From Clostridiales bacterium (GTDB lineage Bacteria > Bacillota > Clostridia > Oscillospirales > Oscillospiraceae), in contig VSNB01000001.1 in NCBI GenBank assembly GCA_009774055.1, positions 1 through 49,735 on the forward strand: DNA of 49,735 nt. Direction: 5' to 3'. Made by a program: the position numbers and the translations under genes. The notes beneath the pieces are model-generated. The model made no database searches, had not been told where the DNA came from, and saw nothing but the letters and a program-made list of their open reading frames with translations. This document shows positions 8,824-17,734 of the stretch, piece by piece; the first letter of the stretch is position 1; each line of letters opens with the position of its first letter.

Positions 8824-10191
8824 ATGGAGCACTATGAATTACTTGTGATCGGCGGGGGCCCTGGAGGCTACGAGGCCGCCCTGCGCGCCGCCAGACTGGG
8901 GCTCAGAACCGCCCTGGCGGAGAACCGTGACTTGGGCGGCACCTGCCTCAACCGGGGCTGCATCCCCACCAAGAGTCTCCTTCACGCCGCGGAGCTTGCC
9001 GTGAGCCTGGAGAAGGGCGGAGAATGGGGCATCGCCGCTGAAAGCCTCTCCGTGGACTTCGCCGCCCTCCACCGGAAGAAATCGGAGGTGACGGAGAAGC
9101 TCCGCGCCGGCGTGGAGGGCCTTCTGAAGCAGAAGAAGGTTGACGTCCTCCGGGGCACGGGAACCATATTGGCCCCGGGCCGGGTGGCGGTGGACGGTGT
9201 GGAGTACGGCGCGGACCACATCCTTATCGCCACCGGCTCCGTCCCCGCACGTCCGCCCATCCCCGGCCTGGAGCGCGCCATCACCTCCGACGAGGCGCTC
9301 TCGGACCAGGCCCGGGCGTACCGCTCCCTGGTGATCATCGGCGGCGGGGTTATCGGCGTGGAGCTGGCCTGCGTCTACCAGGCCCTGGGCTGCCGGGTGA
9401 CCATCGTGGAGGCCATGGATCGCATCCTGCCCAACATGGACCGGGAAATCTGTCAGAATATGACCATGATTCTCAAGCGCCGGGGCGTGGCGGTGAACAC
9501 CGGCTGCATGGTCAGCGCGGTGGAGCAGGACGAAGACAGCCTGACGGTGCGCTACACCTGCAAGGACCAGCCCGGTGAGGCCCGGGGGGAGGCGGTGCTC
9601 TGCGCCATCGGCCGACGGCCCAATACGGTGGGACTCTTTGGCGAGGGCTTCTCCGTGGACATGGAGCGGGGCCGGATTCTGGTGGATGATGCGTTCCAGA
9701 CCAGCGCACCCGGCGTGTATGCAATTGGCGACGTGTCGGGGAAAATCCAGCTGGCCCATGCGGCTGCCGCCCAGGGCGTCGCCTGTGTGGAGCGTCTGGC
9801 GGGACGGGAGCCGCTGGTGGAGGTAAGCCTGGTCCCCAGCTGTATCTATGCCAGCCCGGAGATCGCCGCCATAGGCATTACCGCCGACGAGGCCAAGGCC
9901 GCAGGCCGGGCGGTGAAGGTGGGCAAAGCCCTCATGTCCGCCAACGGCAAGACGGTGATCGCCGCCGGAGAGCGGGGATTCATCAAGATTGTGGCTGACG
10001 CGTCCACGGGGGTGATCCTGGGGGCTCAGCTCATGTGCGAGCGGGCCTCGGACATGCTCTCGGAGCTGACGGAGGCGGTGGTCAACGGCCTGACCGCCCG
10101 CCAGCTGGCCCGGGTCATGCGGCCCCACCCCACCTTTGAGGAGGCGGTGTCCGCCGCCGTGGAGGACCTGCTGGAGAAGCTGGAGAAATAG
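8824..10191 (+). CDS. lpdA: Dihydrolipoyl dehydrogenase (L-protein / E3)
   Basis: GGGPGGY FAD motif, redox-active GGTCLNRGCIPTK disulfide, C-terminal dimerisation region HPTFEE. Confidence 0.9.
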   Translation: MEHYELLVIGGGPGGYEAALRAARLGLRTALAENRDLGGTCLNRGCIPTKSLLHAAELAVSLEKGGEWGIAAESLSVDFAALHRKKSEVTEKLRAGVEGLLKQKKVDVLRGTGTILAPGRVAVDGVEYGADHILIATGSVPARPPIPGLERAITSDEALSDQARAYRSLVIIGGGVIGVELACVYQALGCRVTIVEAMDRILPNMDREICQNMTMILKRRGVAVNTGCMVSAVEQDEDSLTVRYTCKDQPGEARGEAVLCAIGRRPNTVGLFGEGFSVDMERGRILVDDAFQTSAPGVYAIGDVSGKIQLAHAAAAQGVACVERLAGREPLVEVSLVPSCIYASPEIAAIGITADEAKAAGRAVKVGKALMSANGKTVIAAGERGFIKIVADASTGVILGAQLMCERASDMLSELTEAVVNGLTARQLARVMRPHPTFEEAVSAAVEDLLEKLEK

Positions 10192-10218
10192 CGCGGCCCG
10201 TCATATCCCTCTGTGTGA

Positions 10219-11094
10219 TTATGTGTGTTTAAAAGCCAGCCTGATTTCCAATATATCCCCCGTGATTTGGGCGGACACCCGCCCGCCCATCCGCGCCATC
10301 AGCTCCCGCACAATAGACAGGCCCAAACCGGCCCCGCCCTTTGCCTGGGCGGGGCTGCTTTGGTAGAAGCGGTCAAACAGGTGCTCCGGGTCCGGCCTGG
10401 GGCCGGGGCGCAGCTCGTTGGAAAAGCAAATCTCCCCCTCCCGGCCAGAAACCTCCAGTCCCCTGCCGCCGTGGCGCAGGGCGTTGGCAATCAGGTTCCG
10501 GTACACCCGGCCCAGGGCCTCGGGGCTAGCCCAAACCTTCAGATCCTCCCGGTCAAACCGCAGCGCCGGCTCCACCCCCGCCGCCTCCAGCTGCGGGTAA
10601 AACTCCGCCAGCGCATCCCACAGAGGCGGCAGGGCGGCCATTTCCCCGCATTCCAGAGGAAGGGCTCCGCCCTGCAGGCGGGTATACAGAAACAGCTCCT
10701 CCAAAAGCGGCTCCAGCTCCTCCAGGCGCTTCCGCACGATGCCCAGGTACTCCGTCTGCCGGTCCGGTTCCCCTTCCAGCAGCTGCAAATAGCCCATGGC
10801 CCCGGCCAGAGGGGTGCGGATGTCGTGGGAGATACAGACCATGGTGTATTTCAGCTCCCGCTCCCTTTCCTGGGTTTCCAAGCGAAGCTGCCGCCCCTCC
10901 TCCAGGCGCTTATTGACCGCCTGGCACAGCCGCCGGGGCGCCGTACCGGGCATCCGCACCGTCAGGCACAGATTGCTCTCCGGTGGGGTCTCCTCCAGTA
11001 CCCGAACCATCTCCAGCAGTTGGGCGCGGTAAGCCCACAGGCGCAGCAGAGCGATTCCCAGGGCGGCAAGGGTCAGGATCAGGGCAGGCAACAT
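10219..11094 (-). CDS. Small sensor histidine kinase with a single N-terminal TM (intramembrane-sensing type)
   Basis: H-box ISHDIRTPL, N-box RNLIANALRHG, G-box GAGLGLSIV. There is no sizeable extracellular domain. Confidence 0.85.
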   Translation of the reverse strand: MLPALILTLAALGIALLRLWAYRAQLLEMVRVLEETPPESNLCLTVRMPGTAPRRLCQAVNKRLEEGRQLRLETQERERELKYTMVCISHDIRTPLAGAMGYLQLLEGEPDRQTEYLGIVRKRLEELEPLLEELFLYTRLQGGALPLECGEMAALPPLWDALAEFYPQLEAAGVEPALRFDREDLKVWASPEALGRVYRNLIANALRHGGRGLEVSGREGEICFSNELRPGPRPDPEHLFDRFYQSSPAQAKGGAGLGLSIVRELMARMGGRVSAQITGDILEIRLAFKHT

Positions 11095-11106
11095 GGAAAT
11101 TCCTCC

Positions 11107-11913
11107 TTAAATATCCCGCTTCTCCATAGACAACAGGCTTCCGATTCCGTAAATGACCGCCCATGCAATGGTACAGACCAGAATCATCCAACCCTGAGTA
11201 ATGCCATTCTGAGGTACATAGACGCCCTTTACCACAGAGGAGAGGAAAAACTGCTCCAGGGGAGGCCAGCGCAGCAGCTTCCCCAGCGTACCGACCAGAA
11301 CAGCGGTCAGCCCTCCTCCGGCCACCAGCGACAGGATGATACCCAGAGTGGTGTTTCTGGTCAGCAGAACCAGCGCCAGAGCCATGAGAGCAAAGGCCCA
11401 GTGAGGCAGCCACATCCAGAACAGATACTGCAAAATATCGGGGATGGCGCTGGGAACAGGGTGCATCCCGTACAGATAGGGAGCCAGCAAAATCAGTATC
11501 ACGCCCAAAAGGGTGATGATTCCACTGTAAATTCCTGCGGCCAATGCTTTAGACAGGACATAGCCGGCCCGGCGGGGCTGGGCACAGCAGATATTTTTGA
11601 CAAACCCGCTGGAAAAGTCGCCGTTGACAAAGAGCGTGACCCCGATGCCAACGATAATCAACAGAAAGCCGCCTCCCAAAGTCTCATGGGCCAGATCAAG
11701 CTGGGTCATATTGCGGATTTCTTCCGACATCCTCCGGTCGATTTCATCAATTTCCGCACCGTGGGCGCCCATGTCATCCAGCACCTCTGGGTCGGAAACA
11801 ACGGCAGTCATCAGGGATACCATCAAAATCAGCGCCGCAGTCACCAGCAGGATAATCTTAAAACTACGGCTTTTGAACAGCCTCCGTAAGTCCATACGCA
11901 GCATATTAAACAT
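11107..11913 (-). CDS. ABC-2 type transporter permease
   Basis: Start placed at MFNMLRMDLRRLF, which overlaps the ATPase stop by 8 nt. Multi-TM hydrophobic protein. Confidence 0.75.
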   Translation of the reverse strand: MFNMLRMDLRRLFKSRSFKIILLVTAALILMVSLMTAVVSDPEVLDDMGAHGAEIDEIDRRMSEEIRNMTQLDLAHETLGGGFLLIIVGIGVTLFVNGDFSSGFVKNICCAQPRRAGYVLSKALAAGIYSGIITLLGVILILLAPYLYGMHPVPSAIPDILQYLFWMWLPHWAFALMALALVLLTRNTTLGIILSLVAGGGLTAVLVGTLGKLLRWPPLEQFFLSSVVKGVYVPQNGITQGWMILVCTIAWAVIYGIGSLLSMEKRDI

Positions 11914-12817
11914 GATCCGCACCTCCCATGCGCTCCAGGAAATAGCTCTCCAAATCCTGTCTATGCAGGCCCATCTCCTCCACCGCGATACCTGCCTGGG
12001 TGAGAATCTGCCCAACGGCCTTAGTGTCCACAGCCTCGTAAATTCGGATATCGCCCTCCGGCCGCATTTCCCAGCGGGTGAGATGGAACTCCCGCTCCAG
12101 CAGGGCCGCCGCCTTCTGGGGCTGGTCCGCTTTCAGGTGGAGATAGTCGGTGCACTTCTGCTCCAGCTCTCCGGCGGTGATTTGCTCCACCATCCGGCCC
12201 TCCTGGATGATGCCGTACCGGGTGGCGATCTTGCTCAGCTCACCCAGAATGTGGGAGCTGACCAGGATGGTCAGGCCCCGCTCCTGGTTCAGCAGCAGCA
12301 GAAGCTCCCGCATTTCCCGGATGCCCTCCGGGTCCAGGCCGTTGATGGGCTCGTCCAGCAGCAGCAGGTCCGGTCCGCCCAGCAGGGCCAGGGCCACGCC
12401 CAGCCGCTGCTTCATACCCATGGAGTAGTGGCGCACCGGCTTTTTCTCCCCGGGGGACAGACCCACGGTTTTCAAAATCTCCTCCACCTGCCGCGCCGGG
12501 CTGTCCAGCCCCAGCAGCGCGGCGTACAGCCGCAAGTTCTCCCGGCCGCTCAGGTCCGGGTAGAGCCCCGGCTGCTCAATGAGCGCGCCCACCCGGCGGC
12601 GGGCCACCGAGTCCCGGACCGGCTTGCCGAAAATCAGCGCTTCCCCCTGGGTGGGCCGTGCCAGCCCGCAGAGGAGTTTTAATGTAGTGGATTTGCCCGC
12701 GCCGTTCTGGCCGATGAAGCCGTAGATATCCCCCTGCTCCACCCGCAGGTCCAGGTGGTCCACGGCCCATCTGTCTTTGTAGCGTTTGGACAGCCCCATA
12801 GTCTGTATCACTGCCAT
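11906..12817 (-). CDS. ABC transporter ATP-binding protein
   Basis: Walker A GQNGAGKST, signature-like SMGMKQRL, Walker B LLLLDEP, RBS AAAAAGGAGG. Confidence 0.9.
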   Translation of the reverse strand: MAVIQTMGLSKRYKDRWAVDHLDLRVEQGDIYGFIGQNGAGKSTTLKLLCGLARPTQGEALIFGKPVRDSVARRRVGALIEQPGLYPDLSGRENLRLYAALLGLDSPARQVEEILKTVGLSPGEKKPVRHYSMGMKQRLGVALALLGGPDLLLLDEPINGLDPEGIREMRELLLLLNQERGLTILVSSHILGELSKIATRYGIIQEGRMVEQITAGELEQKCTDYLHLKADQPQKAAALLEREFHLTRWEMRPEGDIRIYEAVDTKAVGQILTQAGIAVEEMGLHRQDLESYFLERMGGADHV

Positions 12818-12903
12818 AGGAAAACCTCCTTTTTTGTTTACAGGCTCAGTCTAACGGACAAATGCCCAAACATCGCAAAGGAAAGGTAAAGAAAGTGCAA
12901 AGT

Positions 12904-13575
12904 TTACTCAGCCAATTTGAACCCGATGCCCCACACCGTCTGGATATAGCCGTCCGTGCCGCTGGGCCGCAGCTTGGCGCGGATATTGCTGATGTGGACG
13001 GTGATGGTCTTGTCCTCCACAGCGTATGCCTCCTGCCAGACCGCTTCGTAGATCTGCTGCTTGGTAAAGACCCGCTTGGGCCGGCCCGCCAGCAGTTCCA
13101 CGATCTTGAATTCGTGGGCGGTGAGGTTCACCGGCTGGCCGGCGGCGGTCAGCGTCATCTCCTCCAGGTTCAGCGCCCAGTCCCGGTAGCGCAGGGATGT
13201 TTCCTCGGGGACGGCGCTGACGTGGCGGAGCTGCACCAATATCCGGGCCCACAGCTCCTCCAGCTGATAGGGCTTGGTCAGGTAGTCGTCCGCTCCCAGG
13301 CCAAGCAGCTCCACCTTGTCGGAAAGCTCCGTCTTGGCAGACAGTACAATCACCGGCGTCCAGCTGGTCCGGCGTATCTCCGCAATCAGTTCGCCGCCGG
13401 ATAAGCCCGGGAGCATCAGGTCCACCAGCAGCAGGTCCATGCCGCCAGCCTGCCAAAGCAGCCGCCCTTCCGTACCGGAAAAAGCCTGGACGCACTCGCA
13501 GCCCTGCCGGCGCAGATATTGGGCGGTGGAATTGTTAATATCGGTGTCATCTTCAATCATCAGAATGCGGGGCAT
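12904..13575 (-). CDS. OmpR-family response regulator
   Basis: Start set at MPRILMIEDD because AAGGAGG lies 8 nt upstream, inside the longer tracked ORF. Has the receiver Asp in LLLVDLMLPG and a winged-helix C-terminus (YIQTVWGIGFKL). Confidence 0.9.
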   Translation of the reverse strand: MPRILMIEDDTDINNSTAQYLRRQGCECVQAFSGTEGRLLWQAGGMDLLLVDLMLPGLSGGELIAEIRRTSWTPVIVLSAKTELSDKVELLGLGADDYLTKPYQLEELWARILVQLRHVSAVPEETSLRYRDWALNLEEMTLTAAGQPVNLTAHEFKIVELLAGRPKRVFTKQQIYEAVWQEAYAVEDKTITVHISNIRAKLRPSGTDGYIQTVWGIGFKLAE

Positions 13576-13882
13576 CGGTACGGCCTCCTTGGTCATTTTT
13601 GCAAATTATACCGCATCCGAGGGCGGAAGGAAATACCTTTCCATGTAAGAAGCTGTACCAATAGGCGCCGGCACGTATCTTGACGGAAAAATTTTCGTCT
13701 GGCTGCGTCAGAAACTCTTGAAATCCGTCAGGATTCCTGCGCGTTTCTTCCTTGCCAGACAAAAATTTTTCTCGCCAATCTGCATACCGTCACCTATTGG
13801 TACAGCTTCTAAAATCATGGAGGAGGAAATCATCTGCGTACAGAGAAGCATTTTCCGGCGGTATATTGGGCTCCCTCCGCGC

Positions 13883-13921
13883 AAAAAATGTGGTATGCCG
13901 TAAAACGGCATACCACATTTT
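13883..13921 (-). terminator. Rho-independent terminator downstream of ribU (bidirectional hairpin)
   Basis: 16-bp perfect stem AAAATGTGGTATGCCG / CGGCATACCACATTTT with a U-tract on the minus-strand transcript. Confidence 0.8.
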
Positions 13922-13931
13922 GATGTACCTC

Positions 13932-14591
13932 TTATCTATGGAGCAGCGGGGACAGGGGCTTATAGATCAGGAAGCACAGCGCCGTATCCAGCAGGCCCTT
14001 CAGCAGGGTGAAGGGCGCGTTGAATGCGATCAGGCAGCCGAGCAGTCCGTTGACGGAAGGCAGGGAGAAAGGCGCGCCGGCGCGGCTCAGGAGACCGTTG
14101 AAGGACTGGATAATCTCCTGATACATGCTGATGATGACATCGATGGGCAGGAACTTGGTGTAGACCGGGTAAGAAACGAAATAGTTCAGCGGCACACTGC
14201 ACACCGCCATGATGACCGCCCCTGCCAGCGCGCCGAGGAGCGCGCCGGAACGGGTCTTTTTATAGCGGTAGATCAGCCCCGCCGGGATGACGAGGCAGAT
14301 GCCCAGCAGGAAGTTGCACATTTCCCCGACTCCGCCGGTGCCGGAGAAGAGCAGGCCCTTGATAACGTTCTTTACCAGGCACACCACCACGCCGCTGGCC
14401 GGCCCCAGGCTGAACGCCGCCAGCAGGGCGGGCAGCTCGGAGAAATCCAGCTCGACAAAGGACGGGATCAGGAACGGGATAGGGAACTCCAGGAACATGA
14501 GGACCGTGGCCGCCGCCGAAAGCATGGCGGTAACGGCAATCCGGTGGGTACGGGACCTCTGGGCGGCGGCAGTAGGATTTGCAGCAGACAT
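13932..14591 (-). CDS. ribU: Riboflavin ECF-transporter S component
   Basis: Start at MSAANPT behind AAGGAG. FLEFPIPF...ELDFSELPALLAAFSLGP resembles B. subtilis RibU/YpaA. Preceded by an FMN riboswitch. Confidence 0.8.
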   Translation of the reverse strand: MSAANPTAAAQRSRTHRIAVTAMLSAAATVLMFLEFPIPFLIPSFVELDFSELPALLAAFSLGPASGVVVCLVKNVIKGLLFSGTGGVGEMCNFLLGICLVIPAGLIYRYKKTRSGALLGALAGAVIMAVCSVPLNYFVSYPVYTKFLPIDVIISMYQEIIQSFNGLLSRAGAPFSLPSVNGLLGCLIAFNAPFTLLKGLLDTALCFLIYKPLSPLLHR

Positions 14592-14679
14592 AAAAATACG
14601 CTCCTTTACAGTAATACCCCCAAGACATTTCATCTTCGGAGTACCGCCGCAAAAGAGCGCAGAAAGGCGCGTCAAATAC

Positions 14680-14815
14680 GACCATCTTCTTCCATCCAGA
14701 CTGTCACTGTCGGTACCGGAATCGCACCGGTTCAACGCATACAACGCGCTCGCGGACTGAGGCCTGCGCCATCACCGCCGGTGGGGACTTGCACCCCGCC
14801 CTGAAGATGAATGTT
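14680..14815 (-). promoter_or_regulatory. FMN (RFN) riboswitch
   Basis: The minus strand reads TCTTCAGGGCGGGGTGCAAGTCCCCACCGGCGGT...AACCGGTGCGATTCCGGTACCGACAGTGACAGTCTGGATGGAAGAAGATGG, matching the conserved RFN cores. Confidence 0.9.
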
Positions 14816-14971
14816 CGGTTGTGGGTCGAAATAGGTCCCGGCGGGTCCTGCACGGACAGACGCCTGCGCCTCCAGGCCATCAGTCCGCACGGTCGGCCGC
14901 CCGGCGGAGAGGTTCGGAGGGGGACTGCATTTATTATACACACCGGCGGGAAAAATGCAAGTATAATTTTC

Positions 14972-15000
14972 TTTACAAATCAGAATTTTTGTTCTATAAT
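14972..15000 (+). promoter_or_regulatory. Sigma-A-type promoter for the SLOG-family gene
   Basis: TTTACA (14972-14977), 17 nt, TATAAT (14995-15000). Confidence 0.6.
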
Positions 15001-15032
15001 ATAAAGAAACGTCTGCAAGGGAGTGATGTGCA

Positions 15033-15548
15033 ATGAGAGGACGGCCCTGTACCTGCTGCTTTACCGGCCACCGGCCGGAGAAGCTGCCCTGGGGCGCCGA
15101 TGAGACGGACCCGCGGTGCGCGGCGTTAAAAAAGCGGCTGTACGATGCAGTGGAGGCCGCTTATGACGAGGGGATGCGGCACTTCATCTGCGGCATGGCC
15201 CGGGGGTGCGACTTCTACTTCGCCGAGGCGGTGCTGGAGCTGCGGCGGCGGAAGGGGGACGTAAGCCTGGAGGCCGCCGTCCCCTGCCCCAGTCAGGCCG
15301 ACAGCTGGCCGGAGGCGGACCGCAGCCGGTGGCGGGCCCTGCTTGCGCAGTGCGACATAGAAACCCTGGTCCAGAACCAATATACCAAGGGCTGCATGCT
15401 CCGGCGCAACCGCTATATGGTGGACCACAGCGCCCTGGTCATCGCCGTCTATGACGGCGCCGGCGGCGGCACCCAGCAGACCCTGGCCTACGCCCTGCGG
15501 CAGAAAATACCGTTCGTGGATATCCCGCCAACGGAGGAATACGTATGA
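15033..15548 (+). CDS. SLOG-superfamily protein, YpsA/DUF1273-like
   Basis: 171 aa. The CCFTGHRPEKL N-terminus and ...FICGMARGCDFYFAE...GGGTQQT pattern fit the DUF1273/YpsA family as I remember it. Confidence 0.65.
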   Translation: MRGRPCTCCFTGHRPEKLPWGADETDPRCAALKKRLYDAVEAAYDEGMRHFICGMARGCDFYFAEAVLELRRRKGDVSLEAAVPCPSQADSWPEADRSRWRALLAQCDIETLVQNQYTKGCMLRRNRYMVDHSALVIAVYDGAGGGTQQTLAYALRQKIPFVDIPPTEEYV

Positions 15549-15549
15549 G

Positions 15550-15585
15550 AACCGGGAGGCCCCCATTCGGAAGGGCCTCCCGGTT
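15550..15585. terminator. Bidirectional GC-rich hairpin between convergent genes
   Basis: 13-bp stem AACCGGGAGGCCC / GGGCCTCCCGGTT. The U-tracts are weak. Confidence 0.5.
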
Positions 15586-15670
15586 CCTATTGCCGTTTCT
15601 TAGAATCCGCATGCACAGGCGGCAAAAGCTTTTGTCTGACGGCGTTCAGCCCCCGTGATGCAGGTTCTTT

Positions 15671-15847
15671 TTACACCCGGGGCATCGGCGTATAGGTGTA
15701 GTACGCCTCCTCGGCGGAGCGGGTCTGCATGCTGCTCTCGAACGCAGTGCCCTCGCTGCGCTGATAGCGGCGGGTAGAGGGCTGGAACCAGCTCCGGACG
15801 CTCTGGAGCAGAGGTGCCTTGCGGGCAGTATTACGATGATTGTTCAT
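15671..15847 (-). CDS. Hypothetical small protein (58 aa, below the ORF-track cutoff)
   Basis: My own translation: MNNHRNTARKAPLLQSVRSWFQPSTRRYQRSEGTAFESSMQTRSAEEAYYTYTPMPRV. A strong RBS GAGGAGGA lies 7 nt upstream of the ATG. No family recognised. Confidence 0.35.
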   Translation of the reverse strand: MNNHRNTARKAPLLQSVRSWFQPSTRRYQRSEGTAFESSMQTRSAEEAYYTYTPMPRV

Positions 15848-15910
15848 GATGAGATCCTCCTCAAATAATGTTCTCCATAATGTTGGAATGTTAGCACGTG
15901 ATTGTCTTAT

Positions 15911-17275
15911 TCAGCGCACCGCCGCCGCCAGCTTCCGCCGTCCCTCCTGGGGATGGGTGAGCCTGCGGTAGCAGTAGAAATAAGCGGGTACCAGAAACAG
16001 ATCCGCCAGCAGCCAGGCCATGGGCGAAGAGAAGCACGCCGCCGTAAAGCCGAACACCGGCACCAGATAGGCCAGCCCCACCCGCGCCGCCATTTCCAGC
16101 ACGCCAGCCAGCGTGGCCAGCGGGGAGAAGCCCATGCCCTGGATCAGGAAGCGGAAAATGTTCACCAGCGCCAGCAGGAAGTAGAAGGCGGTCAGAACCA
16201 GCAGGTATTTCCGGGCCAGGGGCAGCAGCCCCGCGCTGCCCGCGTCCAGGAACAGCATGATCAGCGGGTCCGAGAAGAGCAGAATCAGGACCATGGAGAC
16301 AACGGAGTAGGCCGCTCCCAGCTTCACACAGGCCCGCACGCCCTGGTGCAGGCGGTCCCACTTGCCGGCCCCGGCGTTCTGCCCGCCATAGGTGGCCATA
16401 GTGCAGCCCATGGCGTCGAAGGGACAGCACAGGAACATGGAAACCTTACCGGCGGCGGTCACAGCGGTGACGTAGGCGGTGCCCAGGCCGTTGACGGCGG
16501 TCTGGATCATCACGCTGCCAATGGCGGTGATGGAGTACTGCAGGCCCATGGGCAGACCCATGAGGCACAGCTCCCCCATCCGTCCCCAGTCCCAGCGCCA
16601 ATCCTCCCGCTCCGTCTTGAGGATGGGATAGCCCCGCAGCAGCCGGATCAGGCATCCAACGCCCGCCAGGAGCTGGGACAGGACCGTGGCCAGGGCCGCG
16701 CCGAACACGTCCATCCCCAGGGAGAGGATAAAGGTTACGTCCAGGACCACGTTCACCACAGAGGCCACGATCAGCCAGATCACCGGCGTGCGGCTGTCCC
16801 CCAGGGAACGGAGGATTCCGGCGCAGAGGTTGTAGAGGAAATAGGCCGGCAGTCCGATAAAGATCGTCTGGATATAGACATGGGACCGCTGGTAAATATC
16901 CTCCGGCGTATCCATGGCCATAAGGATGCCGTCGCACAGCGCCGCCGTGGACAGGGTCAGCGCCAGACCGATGCATACGCTCAGCCACACGCTGCCGGTT
17001 ACGTACCGGCGCAGTTCCTGATGGTTGCCCGCGCCGAACTGCTGCGCCACCGGGATAGCGAAGCCGCCGCAGATGCCGCAGCAGAACCCCACCACCAGGA
17101 AGTTGATGGACCCGGTGGAGCCCACCGCCGCCAGGGCCGCGCCGCCCAGCGTCTTTCCAACAATGGCGCTGTCCACCACGTTGTACAGCTGCTGGAACAG
17201 GTACCCGAACAGGACCGGCAGCCCGAAGCTCAGAATCTGCGGCATAGGACGGCCCTTCGTCAGGTCTTTCGTCAT
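15911..17275 (-). CDS. MATE-family efflux transporter
   Basis: 12-TM MATE-like sequence (ILSFGLPVLFGYLFQQLYNVVDSAIVG). Start moved to ATG 17275 behind GAGGTG; the tracked ORF begins at a GTG 9 nt upstream. Confidence 0.9.
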   Translation of the reverse strand: MTKDLTKGRPMPQILSFGLPVLFGYLFQQLYNVVDSAIVGKTLGGAALAAVGSTGSINFLVVGFCCGICGGFAIPVAQQFGAGNHQELRRYVTGSVWLSVCIGLALTLSTAALCDGILMAMDTPEDIYQRSHVYIQTIFIGLPAYFLYNLCAGILRSLGDSRTPVIWLIVASVVNVVLDVTFILSLGMDVFGAALATVLSQLLAGVGCLIRLLRGYPILKTEREDWRWDWGRMGELCLMGLPMGLQYSITAIGSVMIQTAVNGLGTAYVTAVTAAGKVSMFLCCPFDAMGCTMATYGGQNAGAGKWDRLHQGVRACVKLGAAYSVVSMVLILLFSDPLIMLFLDAGSAGLLPLARKYLLVLTAFYFLLALVNIFRFLIQGMGFSPLATLAGVLEMAARVGLAYLVPVFGFTAACFSSPMAWLLADLFLVPAYFYCYRRLTHPQEGRRKLAAAVR

Positions 17276-17533
17276 AGTGATCACCTCACTAATACAGGAT
17301 GCTGTTCGTTTTTTCCTTTCTGCCCCCAGGGTAGTATGCCCTGGAAGTTATGCTGATTATAGACGATTCCACCAAAAAATCAAGCGTCAAATTGTGCAAT
17401 CCTCCAAGGCGGAATTGCCCCGTCCTTGTGCAATATGAATGGAACCTTCTGGAACCGCCCAAACGCAAAGCCTGGCGCAGCGAGAACGAAAAACGCCCCT
17501 CTGCGCCAGGATTCTGCAAAAAATCCGAACAAT

Positions 17534-17734
17534 TTACTCAAATACAAAAATTTCCTCAATCGGCGCGCCCACTGCCCGGGAGATATCCACCGCCAGCTTC
17601 AGCGACGGATTGTATTGGGCCTTTTCCAGCCGCATGACGGTTTCCCGCCGGACCCCCACAATGTCCGCCAGCTCCCCCTGGGTCAGCCCTTTGAGGGTGC
17701 GGTAGGTTTTCAGATTGCAGGTAAAGCCGTCCAT
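17534..17734 (-). CDS. XRE-family helix-turn-helix transcriptional regulator (66 aa)
   Basis: LKGLTQGELADIVGVRRETVMRLEKAQYNPSLKLA is a typical short HTH_XRE. Its start overlaps the upstream stop (TAATG). Confidence 0.85.
   Translation of the reverse strand: MDGFTCNLKTYRTLKGLTQGELADIVGVRRETVMRLEKAQYNPSLKLAVDISRAVGAPIEEIFVFE

Noticed and set aside
14816-14940. An extra structured leader or second riboswitch between a candidate ribU promoter (TATAAT on the minus strand at 14933-14938) and the FMN aptamer
   Set aside because: The segment has only short imperfect GC hairpins and matches no conserved riboswitch core. The promoter assignment itself is uncertain, so the long leader may not exist.
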